From IMG/VR virus record IMGVR_UViG_3300037692_000102, positions 1 through 43,455 of that record: a stretch of DNA of 43,455 bases; one strand, given 5' to 3'. The notes beneath the pieces are model-generated. The model saw only the letters and a list, made by a program, of their open reading frames with translations. It had not been told where the DNA came from and searched no databases. A program made the translations under genes and the position numbers. Source of the stretch: a virus. Taxonomy: Duplodnaviria; Caudoviricetes. Within the stretch, counting starts at the first letter, position 1. Every line of letters begins with the position of its first letter. Shown here in pieces: positions 8,411 to 16,178 of this stretch.

Positions 8411-9001
8411 AACGCCAGTGAACCGGGAGGCCGGTCTGTGAACACCGAGAAAGACGATACCGAGAAGATGAGCAATAAGCAGCGCTGTAGCTACAGCGAG
8501 GACGGCGAGCCTTGTATCTTCTCTGCCGGGCATGACGGCAAGCACCACACGGCGTACGCCATCGCGGCTAGGCACTACCATTTCATCGTGGACGTGATGC
8601 ACGACATGCGGCGGCCTGGGTGGATTTCGCGAAAAGCGCTCCTCAAGCAAATCGAGGAGCATCTGTTCCGGCGTGACAGTTAATATAACGGAGAAAACGA
8701 TGCTTGTTGATATTGCCGATCTTATCTGTCAGAGCGATCCGCAGAAGCGAACATTCCGGCAGATCAACGCCGCAAAAGATCATGTTATACCCATCGGCGC
8801 AATGGTCGAGACAGAGGATGGCGAGCGGCTATTCGTGAAACTTCATACGCGCGACTGCGATCAATCGCCGCTTTATTCTCTCGGCCTGCTTCATGACACC
8901 GATGAAGATCCTATCCATCGGATGAAGTGGTATCACGGGTTTTGCGAAAGTGGACTCACGTTGGTAAGTTTCAATCCTCTTAACGCAAGTGAACCAGGAG
9001 G
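8411..9001 (+). repeat. 20-bp gene-boundary repeat AACGC(C/A)AGTGAACC(G/A)GGAGG (8411-8430, 8982-9001; partial 8176-8186)
   Basis: 18/20 identity; each copy ends in an SD-like sequence. Confidence 0.75.
8438..8683 (+). CDS. Hypothetical phage protein
   Basis: GGAGG RBS; C...C...GHDGKH motif. Confidence 0.55.
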   Translation: MNTEKDDTEKMSNKQRCSYSEDGEPCIFSAGHDGKHHTAYAIAARHYHFIVDVMHDMRRPGWISRKALLKQIEEHLFRRDS

Positions 9002-9011
9002 CGGCCAATGA
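8673..9011 (+). CDS. Hypothetical phage protein
   Basis: HVIPIGAMVE...RLFVKLHTRDCDQSPLYSL; ends NASEPGGGQ. Confidence 0.65.
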   Translation: MTVNITEKTMLVDIADLICQSDPQKRTFRQINAAKDHVIPIGAMVETEDGERLFVKLHTRDCDQSPLYSLGLLHDTDEDPIHRMKWYHGFCESGLTLVSFNPLNASEPGGGQ

Positions 9012-9063
9012 TGGATATACAGAAACTAACTGTATCGTCAGCCCATCTGAACGGACCTGAGCC

Positions 9064-9204
9064 ATGACCTACGAAGACATCGCGCCGTTTCTGTGGTTCG
9101 GCTTCTCATGCGGGTGCCTAGCTGGTTGGCTTGGCCGCAGTGGGTTAGATCGCCTGGAAGCCTGGCTAATCAAGCGCGTCACGCGATGCACGCATCAGGG
9201 GTGA
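9064..9204 (+). CDS. Small membrane protein, last gene of plus-strand arm
   Basis: 46 aa, MTYEDIAPFLWFGFSCGCLAGWLG... Confidence 0.45.
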   Translation: MTYEDIAPFLWFGFSCGCLAGWLGRSGLDRLEAWLIKRVTRCTHQG

Positions 9205-9237
9205 GCAGCTATATGGAGCGTCCACGGCGATGTGCGC

Positions 9238-9366
9238 TCATTTTTTGACATTCTCGCGATCGCGCCGCTTGTCCCCGCGGCAATGAATCAAAAACACACC
9301 GAACCCGACAATCGAATTGAATGCAGAGATGATCAGCGCCCACAGGGCTGCGGCTTCCTCACGCAC
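9238..9366 (-). CDS. Small single-TM protein (not in ORF track)
   Basis: 42 aa, (M)REEAAALWALIISAFNSIVGFGVFLIHCRGDKRRDRENVKK; GTG lies 1 nt after the upstream stop. Confidence 0.55.
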   Translation of the reverse strand: MREEAAALWALIISAFNSIVGFGVFLIHCRGDKRRDRENVKK

Positions 9367-9367
9367 G

Positions 9368-9556
9368 TCAGTCGTCGGCGAGTTTGGTCAGCCGCTTCGT
9401 GATGCGCTCGACCGCATTGCCAATCTGCGCGTCGGTCAGCGAGTGATGCGGGTTGAATGTGACAACCACATCCATAGAACTCTGATCAGATGCAGGCACC
9501 GCGGCTCCGTCAACGGGAAGAACTTTCATGCTGATGATGATCGATATGTGCGACAT
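9368..9556 (-). CDS. Hypothetical protein, end of late operon
   Basis: AGGAG RBS; MSHISIII. Confidence 0.65.
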   Translation of the reverse strand: MSHISIIISMKVLPVDGAAVPASDQSSMDVVVTFNPHHSLTDAQIGNAVERITKRLTKLADD

Positions 9557-9564
9557 GTCTACTC

Positions 9565-9831
9565 CTAGTGATCCGAAACCGGGATTCCACGCCTGGCCAA
9601 TTCTACCTTCAGATCGTTCCAGCGCTCCTGCATCACGCGCGCCTCGCGTTCAGCTTTCGATGCCTCGTGCATCGTCAGAATGGACAGACCGATACTGAAT
9701 CCGGCGATGACCGCGAGCACGATGATGAGCGGGACCAGTCTACTGGATTCGATTTGCACGACCGACGCAGATTGATTATCGGTGCGAGGTGACGCATACA
9801 ATCGCATGTCATCCTCGTCAACGTCGCGCAC
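9565..9831 (-). CDS. Single-TM coiled-coil protein (candidate lysis/spanin-like)
   Basis: TM LVPLIIVLAVIAGFSIGLSILT followed by a coiled coil; start uncertain (9831 GTG or 9807 ATG). Confidence 0.55.
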   Translation of the reverse strand: MRDVDEDDMRLYASPRTDNQSASVVQIESSRLVPLIIVLAVIAGFSIGLSILTMHEASKAEREARVMQERWNDLKVELARRGIPVSDH

Positions 9832-10132
9832 GTTCGCGCTCTTCGGTAATGTCATCGCGAATTTCATTGATCTGCTTCTGCAGGTATGCGACCTGATCCG
9901 CAGTCGCCGGGGCCGGCCGATTCTTCATGTCGCGCACGTCATCGCGCATCGATATCAGCATCGTGAAAGTACCAATGCCGCCGGCAGTCAGCATCACGGC
10001 GACAATGCTGAGGAACCAGTTCAGCAGGTAAGACAGTCGCGGATCCTGAGAAGTCTGGTATACCCGTCCGCCACGCGCTCGGCGTTCGTCGGCCTCTTCG
10101 TCTGTCATGGCGGGTGGGCGTGTAATGCTCAT
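9818..10132 (-). CDS. Single-TM coiled-coil protein (candidate holin-like)
   Basis: TM YLLNWFLSIVAVMLTAGGIGTFTMLI followed by a coiled coil. Confidence 0.55.
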   Translation of the reverse strand: MSITRPPAMTDEEADERRARGGRVYQTSQDPRLSYLLNWFLSIVAVMLTAGGIGTFTMLISMRDDVRDMKNRPAPATADQVAYLQKQINEIRDDITEERERARR

Positions 10133-10445
10133 TTCGTATATGATCGCGCAACCGATGCGAAACGCCTTCCTACGCTACCTCTACACATTCCAGTGCATTG
10201 CTGGCATTCCGATGGCGATAAGGGTCGGTGCCTCAGAAGGATGGCTTGGCGCATTGTTTGGATTCTTCGTGGTGCTACCGGTGACGATGCTAGTTGCCTA
10301 TCTTATGGCGCGGCGCGATACACGACCACCGGTCAAGTCGCCACCAATGACGTTGGTCAGAGGATTGAAGATTGCACTCGGCACCGTCGTCGCATTTTTT
10401 GCGCTGGTCGGCATCATTAAGGGACTGATGATCCTCTTCGGCTGA
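10125..10445 (+). CDS. Antisense-oriented 3-TM membrane protein (moron, possible superinfection exclusion)
   Basis: Three hydrophobic segments; convergent with, and 1 nt from, the stop of the largest ejection gene; start uncertain. Confidence 0.6.
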   Translation: MLISYMIAQPMRNAFLRYLYTFQCIAGIPMAIRVGASEGWLGALFGFFVVLPVTMLVAYLMARRDTRPPVKSPPMTLVRGLKIALGTVVAFFALVGIIKGLMILFG

Positions 10446-10446
10446 A

Positions 10447-12729
10447 TCATGGCGCGTTGCCGTACACAGGCGGTATAACACTCTCGCCCATCATGCCTTG
10501 CGATCGAACGTAGGCGGCGCCAATGTCAGTGCCGAGAATCGGCGCGAGCAGGATCAGCTGCCGCTGAGAAGGCGGCATCTTCGCAACCATCTTCAGCTGT
10601 GCGCGCTTCGCTGGATCTATCAGCGCCTCGGTCAACGCGGTTATTCCGTCCTCCTGCGCCTTGCGCTCAGCTTCATTTCGCAGTGCCTGCTTGGGTGTCA
10701 GGATCCACTTCATGGTGTTGAGCGCGCGTCCTCGTAGTGCGTCGGTGATCAGTTGATTGCTAGCGGTCGGCGATCCGGCGACACGTGAGGCGCCCAGTGG
10801 TGTGCGGGCAAGCTTCTCCGACGCCATCATGAGGTCATCGAACACCTCTGTGGCATCTGCGGGCAGCATGGCTTTTGCATTCGCTTTCTGCGATGGCGTA
10901 CCGATCACGGCTTGGCGAAACTTTCCTGCCGGGTTGATCACTTCGGCGCCCTGCGTCTCGCGCATTGCTAGATTGTATTTCTGCGCGAGCCATTGACGTA
11001 CCAGTCCGCGATAGGCATCTGGATTGCTGTGCGTCAGGCCGCCTTTCAATATCGCGATCTGATCCGGCGTGATGGACGGATCGTTAAAAATGCGCGCCGC
11101 TGTCTGCGCATTCTTAGGATGCATCTTCGCCAGCACGCCAATCATGCCATTTTCCAGTGGCTCAACACTCGCGGCTATGCCCTGAGCATAGGCAAGACGC
11201 GCAGTTTGCCATTGACCGTTAGATAATCCATCAAGGCTCTGAACGAACTCATTGCGGCGCATCGTAAGCGCGCGAGTTTCTTCGCGAGAGCCTTTTCGTT
11301 TGAGCGCAGCAATCTTGTCATCGAGTCCGCGCTTTAGATAATCCAGATCACGCAATGACGGGCCAGGCTCTACAGTTGTTTGTGCAATCAAAATTGGCGT
11401 ACTCATTCCTCTGGAGACCTCCTTGCTACGCTGCATATACAGCGATTCCAATTTGGCAGTTGAAGCTGTTGGATTATCCTCGAACAGCTTCAATGTTTTC
11501 GCAGCCTGATCCAAATCCTGCTGCGTGGTTGCATTGCGTAGCAATGCTTGCGGATCTACAGGTTTTTTCAATGGCGCGGTCGATGCAGTTCCTTCCAGCA
11601 CTGCAATACGTCTGCCTCTACGCATGGCTTCCTTGAAGTAAGGCAGCTGCATGTACTCCAATATCTGCGGATCTGATACTTCAGGAACCGCTTCATACGC
11701 CGCGCGATATAACGGACGCACCTGTTCGTAAATCCCCCGCCTAGTCGCTGCAATCACTGCCTGTGCTGCGCCTATCGCCTCCTTTCCGGCCACCTCCGCC
11801 GGTTTCGCCGTCGCCACCATGTTAAGCACGCGGTTTGTCGCCGCATCGAGTTGCCCTGCGGTGATCTCATCGCGTGCCTGCAATACCTCGGCGACCTTAC
11901 CCGGATATTTACCCGCGTAGTCGCGCAGGCCCAGCAGCATACGATCCCCGGACGCCTGCGCTAGATCCAGATCGATGCCGGTACGCGTCTTGATCAGTGC
12001 CCGTGTCTGCTCAGCCGCGCTCATCTGGGACGGCGAATAATCGACGATGCGACCGCGGTTCATTGCGCTCGCGCCTAACTTGCCCAGCATGCCGCCCACC
12101 GCAGTGAGTCCGGCCTCGGTTGCCATTTCCTTGGCCACGCTGCCCGCTGTCGCCGGCTCATCGAAGAGCAGTTGGGAGACACCGCGCTTGAACGCCCGCC
12201 CGCCCGCTGCGCCGGTTGCAGCGCCGGTGATAGGTTGCCCCTGGGCAAATGACCCAATGACGGCGCCGGCCATCTCAGGGGCCGCAGAAGCCGCCTGGGC
12301 GAACATCCGCGACCAGGGCCCTGAGACCAACTGCAGCTTGCCCTTGTCATTCACGTACACGGGGCGCCCCTCGGCGAGCCCGACTCGCTTGATGCCGTTG
12401 GGGTCGTTGGGGAATAGCGCTCCGGCGATGATGCGCAGCTTCGTTTGATCGTCAGCCGGGATAGCAGCCTTCAGTGCCGTGCCGAAATTCGCCTGCGTCG
12501 CATCCTCTGGGCGCGGCATCATTGCCGGTGGGCGAAAGGTGGGCCCACCCGGCAAGCCCTCTCCTGGAATCAGTTCCTGCCCCATTGGCACCATCGGCGC
12601 GCCCCCCGGCGTGCGCTGAATAGGCTGTGACGCAGCCGAGCGCGCCGCCATGGCATCGTCGAAGGTGATTCGGCCTTGTGCATCTACGGCCGGCCGCAAC
12701 GCATCGCCGAAGGTGATCTTATCGGGCAA
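10447..12729 (-). CDS. Large internal virion / DNA ejection protein (P22 gp16 position)
   Basis: 760 aa, Ala-rich, glycine-zipper segment, LDYLKRGLDDKI; last of three ejection-type genes. Confidence 0.7.
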   Translation of the reverse strand: MPDKITFGDALRPAVDAQGRITFDDAMAARSAASQPIQRTPGGAPMVPMGQELIPGEGLPGGPTFRPPAMMPRPEDATQANFGTALKAAIPADDQTKLRIIAGALFPNDPNGIKRVGLAEGRPVYVNDKGKLQLVSGPWSRMFAQAASAAPEMAGAVIGSFAQGQPITGAATGAAGGRAFKRGVSQLLFDEPATAGSVAKEMATEAGLTAVGGMLGKLGASAMNRGRIVDYSPSQMSAAEQTRALIKTRTGIDLDLAQASGDRMLLGLRDYAGKYPGKVAEVLQARDEITAGQLDAATNRVLNMVATAKPAEVAGKEAIGAAQAVIAATRRGIYEQVRPLYRAAYEAVPEVSDPQILEYMQLPYFKEAMRRGRRIAVLEGTASTAPLKKPVDPQALLRNATTQQDLDQAAKTLKLFEDNPTASTAKLESLYMQRSKEVSRGMSTPILIAQTTVEPGPSLRDLDYLKRGLDDKIAALKRKGSREETRALTMRRNEFVQSLDGLSNGQWQTARLAYAQGIAASVEPLENGMIGVLAKMHPKNAQTAARIFNDPSITPDQIAILKGGLTHSNPDAYRGLVRQWLAQKYNLAMRETQGAEVINPAGKFRQAVIGTPSQKANAKAMLPADATEVFDDLMMASEKLARTPLGASRVAGSPTASNQLITDALRGRALNTMKWILTPKQALRNEAERKAQEDGITALTEALIDPAKRAQLKMVAKMPPSQRQLILLAPILGTDIGAAYVRSQGMMGESVIPPVYGNAP

Positions 12730-14023
12730 GGCCGAACTCCTGATTGGCGCGCCTCACGGCCTCGGCCTTTGCCTCTGGCGTGCCGCCGAGTTCCTGCCAG
12801 ATCTGATTCGCGCGCTGCTCGTAGACGGCGTCGATGCCTTCCAGCGGCATTATCTTTGCTAACTGTTCAGCACTTTGAATGCCGATGCCATTCTTTATCG
12901 CCCAGTTCGCGCGCAGCATCGCACGAGATGCATTTTTTATCGTCGCTCGTGCCTTAGCTTCGAATTCCGCTGGAGATAATTCATTACCAGTAGGTGCCGA
13001 TTTTGACAAACGATCATATTCAGCCGGAGAAATGGCCGCTCCGGAGAGTTGATTGAGATACAAGCTCAAATCATTTTTCAAATTCGACTGAAATTCTGCA
13101 TATTGACTCAAGAACGCGCGTTGATCTTCCGATACATTGAGTCCAGCAAAATCCTTGACACGCGTAGTCCATACTTTCGCCAAACCTGAAGCGCGCAAGA
13201 ATTCAGGGCTATATTGTGCGAGCGACTGATTCAATCTATCCAGTCGATCGGACGATTGAATAATCGTCTCTTGCAACTTATTCACGGTCGGTTTCGTCAG
13301 TTCTTGCGGCCCCACCCCTGAAGTATCACCGCCCATCTCCACTACGGTACCGTCAGGCATCGTCACGCTCATGCCCTTGCCGCGCGGCGCATAGGCCGGC
13401 TGTTGACCCACGGCCATCTCCTCGGGCACCAGCATCGGCTTGCCATCCGGTCCGACGATGGCCTTGAGCTGTACTGGCTGACGCGGCACCACGGGCCCGC
13501 TGACCTGCCCCACGGCGCCCAACTGCTGAGCGATCTGCATGGCTTCTTCTGGCGTCTGCGGCTCCGGCAAGCCGAACTGCTGCAGGGCTGCCTGCGCATC
13601 GGGGTTCGTCCGCATCAGGTTCCAGTACGCCATCGGATCCGAGGCGCCGGACAGGCCGGTAGACAAGCGCTGCGCGACGCCGCCCGCCTGCGTGCGCTCG
13701 GATCGCTCCTGTGCCTTCTGCAACCGCTCTTCCTGCTTCTGCTGGCGCTCCTGCTCATTCTTCGCGAGCGTGCTGCGAAAAGCGGTATCCATTGCGCCGG
13801 CATAATTCTGTGCGGCACCCTGGTAGCCCTGGAACAAGGATCCTCCCAGCGTGGCGCCAGGACGGCTGGAAGAGCCCATCATGCCCAGGCCCATCAGGAG
13901 CAGGGCCTGGCGCTGGGCGGCTTGTGCGGCGGCAGGATCGGCGCCGGGCGTCGTCGGAAACAGCTTGCCACCCAGGCCAGTGACGAAATTGTTGAATCCT
14001 TCGGTAAAGGTCGGCGTTGCCAT
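12719..14023 (-). CDS. Internal virion / DNA ejection protein (gp20 position)
   Basis: ALLLMGLGMMG, Gln-rich coiled coil, and SGAAISPAEYDRL typical of podophage ejection proteins. Confidence 0.7.
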   Translation of the reverse strand: MATPTFTEGFNNFVTGLGGKLFPTTPGADPAAAQAAQRQALLLMGLGMMGSSSRPGATLGGSLFQGYQGAAQNYAGAMDTAFRSTLAKNEQERQQKQEERLQKAQERSERTQAGGVAQRLSTGLSGASDPMAYWNLMRTNPDAQAALQQFGLPEPQTPEEAMQIAQQLGAVGQVSGPVVPRQPVQLKAIVGPDGKPMLVPEEMAVGQQPAYAPRGKGMSVTMPDGTVVEMGGDTSGVGPQELTKPTVNKLQETIIQSSDRLDRLNQSLAQYSPEFLRASGLAKVWTTRVKDFAGLNVSEDQRAFLSQYAEFQSNLKNDLSLYLNQLSGAAISPAEYDRLSKSAPTGNELSPAEFEAKARATIKNASRAMLRANWAIKNGIGIQSAEQLAKIMPLEGIDAVYEQRANQIWQELGGTPEAKAEAVRRANQEFGLAR

Positions 14024-14026
14024 GGC

Positions 14027-15190
14027 TTACCCTCCCAGTGCATAGCCGAGACCCGCGCCGATGAGCGCGCCCCACGGACCGAACGTCGCGCCGGCCGTCG
14101 CCCCACCGATAGCGCTGCCGGCGCGATTGCCACCTGGACCCGTCGTTGCCTGCGTGCCGCCGAGGCCGCCCGCTCCAGAAATCAGCCCGGAATACTGCTG
14201 CGCCGTCGTGAGTGGCAGATTTTGGTAGTAGTTCCAGCGCGCCATCTGGTCATCCAGCGCCTGCTGCTGGAAGCCCTGCCCCCAGTTGGCAAACTGCGAG
14301 GACAGTTGCCCCGGCAACGATCCGGCGGCGGCGAGCGTCGGGAACATGCCAGCGGCGCGCAGCGAGGCATCGGATTGCGCGCCCGCCAAAGTCCCGCCGA
14401 GTTGACCCAGTCCGAGTACCTGGTTGCGGTAGGCGTTCTGCACGTCTGCCGCCTGCCCTGCGCCCTGCAGTCCGAGCCCTGCGCCCTGCAGGCCTGCCCC
14501 GGTCAAGTACTGCGCAGCGCCTTGCTGAGCGCCTAGCGCGCGATTCCTTTCTGCCTCCGTGATCGTTGCGGCATTCTGCGACATGCGCTCACCGATCTCG
14601 GGCAGCACTCGGTTGAGCGTCTTGATGCCGCCGGTGGGATTGCCCAGGAACGTGGCGCGCTGATTCAGTCCCGGCAGAATGTCCTGCTCGAATTGCCGCA
14701 GGATGGGCGCGTTCGCCGCATCGATCGATCCCTGCAGGCTGCCGTAGTCGGGGGTGCCAGAAAGTGCGCGCTGAAATGCCGCGGTCGTATCCATCCCGCC
14801 CGCCGTCTGCAGGTTGGGCTGATATTGCTGCGGATTGAAGGCGGGCGCGCCGCCGCCGAATGCACCCTGAATCTGCGAATTCGCGAACGGCGAGAGGCTT
14901 TGCGCATAGCCCCCGAGCGTGTTCTGTCCGGTGAGCGCGCCGGATACCGCACCGGTGGCCTCACCAAACCTGGGCGCCTGCGCGCCGCCGTAGACCTGAT
15001 CGGCGTAACTGAGTTGCGTGTCCCAGCCGGCGAGCTGGCCCTCGGTCGGGCCCAGGTAAGTGGCGCCTGGGTAGAAGCCCGCGGGGTTGTTGGCGTAGTT
15101 GTAGCCACGCCCCATGACATCTCGCAGGTAGGGCTGTGCGCCGCTCCAGGGATCGGAGACCTGCATTGTCGTGTTGCCGCCGCCGCTCAT
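14027..15190 (-). CDS. Internal virion / DNA pilot protein (gp7 position)
   Basis: MSGGG...DPWSGAQPYL start, Gly/Ala/Gln-rich, C-terminal glycine zipper GATFGPWGALIGAGLG. Confidence 0.75.
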   Translation of the reverse strand: MSGGGNTTMQVSDPWSGAQPYLRDVMGRGYNYANNPAGFYPGATYLGPTEGQLAGWDTQLSYADQVYGGAQAPRFGEATGAVSGALTGQNTLGGYAQSLSPFANSQIQGAFGGGAPAFNPQQYQPNLQTAGGMDTTAAFQRALSGTPDYGSLQGSIDAANAPILRQFEQDILPGLNQRATFLGNPTGGIKTLNRVLPEIGERMSQNAATITEAERNRALGAQQGAAQYLTGAGLQGAGLGLQGAGQAADVQNAYRNQVLGLGQLGGTLAGAQSDASLRAAGMFPTLAAAGSLPGQLSSQFANWGQGFQQQALDDQMARWNYYQNLPLTTAQQYSGLISGAGGLGGTQATTGPGGNRAGSAIGGATAGATFGPWGALIGAGLGYALGG

Positions 15191-15750
15191 GCGCTCACCG
15201 GACCGGTGGGCGTGCGCGGGATCTGCATGCGTCCGAGACCTGCGTATTGCACTGGGATGCCGGCCGTAGATCCCCCTGGCAACGGCATCTGCTGCGTCAG
15301 GTACTCGGCCGGCACCTGCGGGATACTCCAGTTCGGCTGCTGGAATGGCCGCATTGTCGAGGCCATCATGCGATCACGGATCAGTGGCATACCGCCCAAT
15401 CCCTGCGGGGCGGCTGCGGGCAGCATCTGCGGCATCTGGACCGGTGGGGGCGCAAATGCGGGTCGCATTCCTGGCCCCGGAATCGGCGGCTGTGGCGGAG
15501 CAATCGGGGTCGGCAGCGGTTGGCCAGGAACCGGAATCCCGGACAGCGGTGGCGACGGATTAGGCTGGCCGGTCAGCGGGTTGATTTGGTCAGAGGGCTG
15601 GACGCCGCCTGGCTGGCTGTTCAGGCGCACGAAATCGCGCGCCGACATATTGTTGTCGGCAAGCCAGCGCTGATAATCCTGGATCGATCCTGCGCTGGCA
15701 CCCATGAATGTGCGCCAATCCAGAAAGCCGGGCAGAGCGGGAGCAGGCAT
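15187..15750 (-). CDS. Pro/Gln-rich hypothetical late protein
   Basis: GGAGG RBS, GTGA/ATGA-type coupling, low-complexity Pro-rich sequence. Confidence 0.65.
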   Translation of the reverse strand: MPAPALPGFLDWRTFMGASAGSIQDYQRWLADNNMSARDFVRLNSQPGGVQPSDQINPLTGQPNPSPPLSGIPVPGQPLPTPIAPPQPPIPGPGMRPAFAPPPVQMPQMLPAAAPQGLGGMPLIRDRMMASTMRPFQQPNWSIPQVPAEYLTQQMPLPGGSTAGIPVQYAGLGRMQIPRTPTGPVSA

Positions 15751-15754
15751 TGAG

Positions 15755-16177
15755 TCAGCCCTCCAGGGACTTCCACGCGTGCATCAATGGCAGGGTTTGC
15801 CCACCTTTTCGCGTCGTGAACTTCGTCCAGCCCGGCCGACCGACAAAGGCGATCCTATCGCATCCGCGAGCGCGCGCCCATGCTTCCAGATGGGCCGTTA
15901 TGACATCCATGTTTTTTCGGTAGACGCCATGTCTGCCGGCCAGCGCAATGACGTTGGCCACCACGTGCGATGGGTACTGCACGCGCTCCATGACGCAGGC
16001 GGCAATGATTCCGTCATTCTCGGTCATCACGAATAGCTGTCCGAATTGCGCAAGCAACAGCCGCAGAACCCCGTCCGCGTCCAGATGAGGATGATGCTCA
16101 AGCGCCTGGGCGAGCATCGGCTCCACGGCCGACCAGAAATCCGTCACCATGTCGCGTGGGACGTCGTAGATACGCAT
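15755..16177 (-). CDS. GNAT-like virion assembly protein
   Basis: ANVIALAGR...LEAWARARGCDRIAFVGRPGW, a common podophage protein between tail and ejection genes. Confidence 0.75.
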   Translation of the reverse strand: MRIYDVPRDMVTDFWSAVEPMLAQALEHHPHLDADGVLRLLLAQFGQLFVMTENDGIIAACVMERVQYPSHVVANVIALAGRHGVYRKNMDVITAHLEAWARARGCDRIAFVGRPGWTKFTTRKGGQTLPLMHAWKSLEG

Positions 16178-16178
16178 T

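Noticed and set aside
7168-9001. Short repeats as a CRISPR array or integron attC sites
   Set aside because: Only 2-3 copies, gene-sized irregular spacing, no palindromic attC structure, and no cas or integrase genes.
13403-15753. Long plus-strand ORFs (13403..14536, 14693..15673, 15136..15753)
   Set aside because: Antisense shadows of GC-rich ejection genes, with Arg/Ala-rich composition and no motifs.
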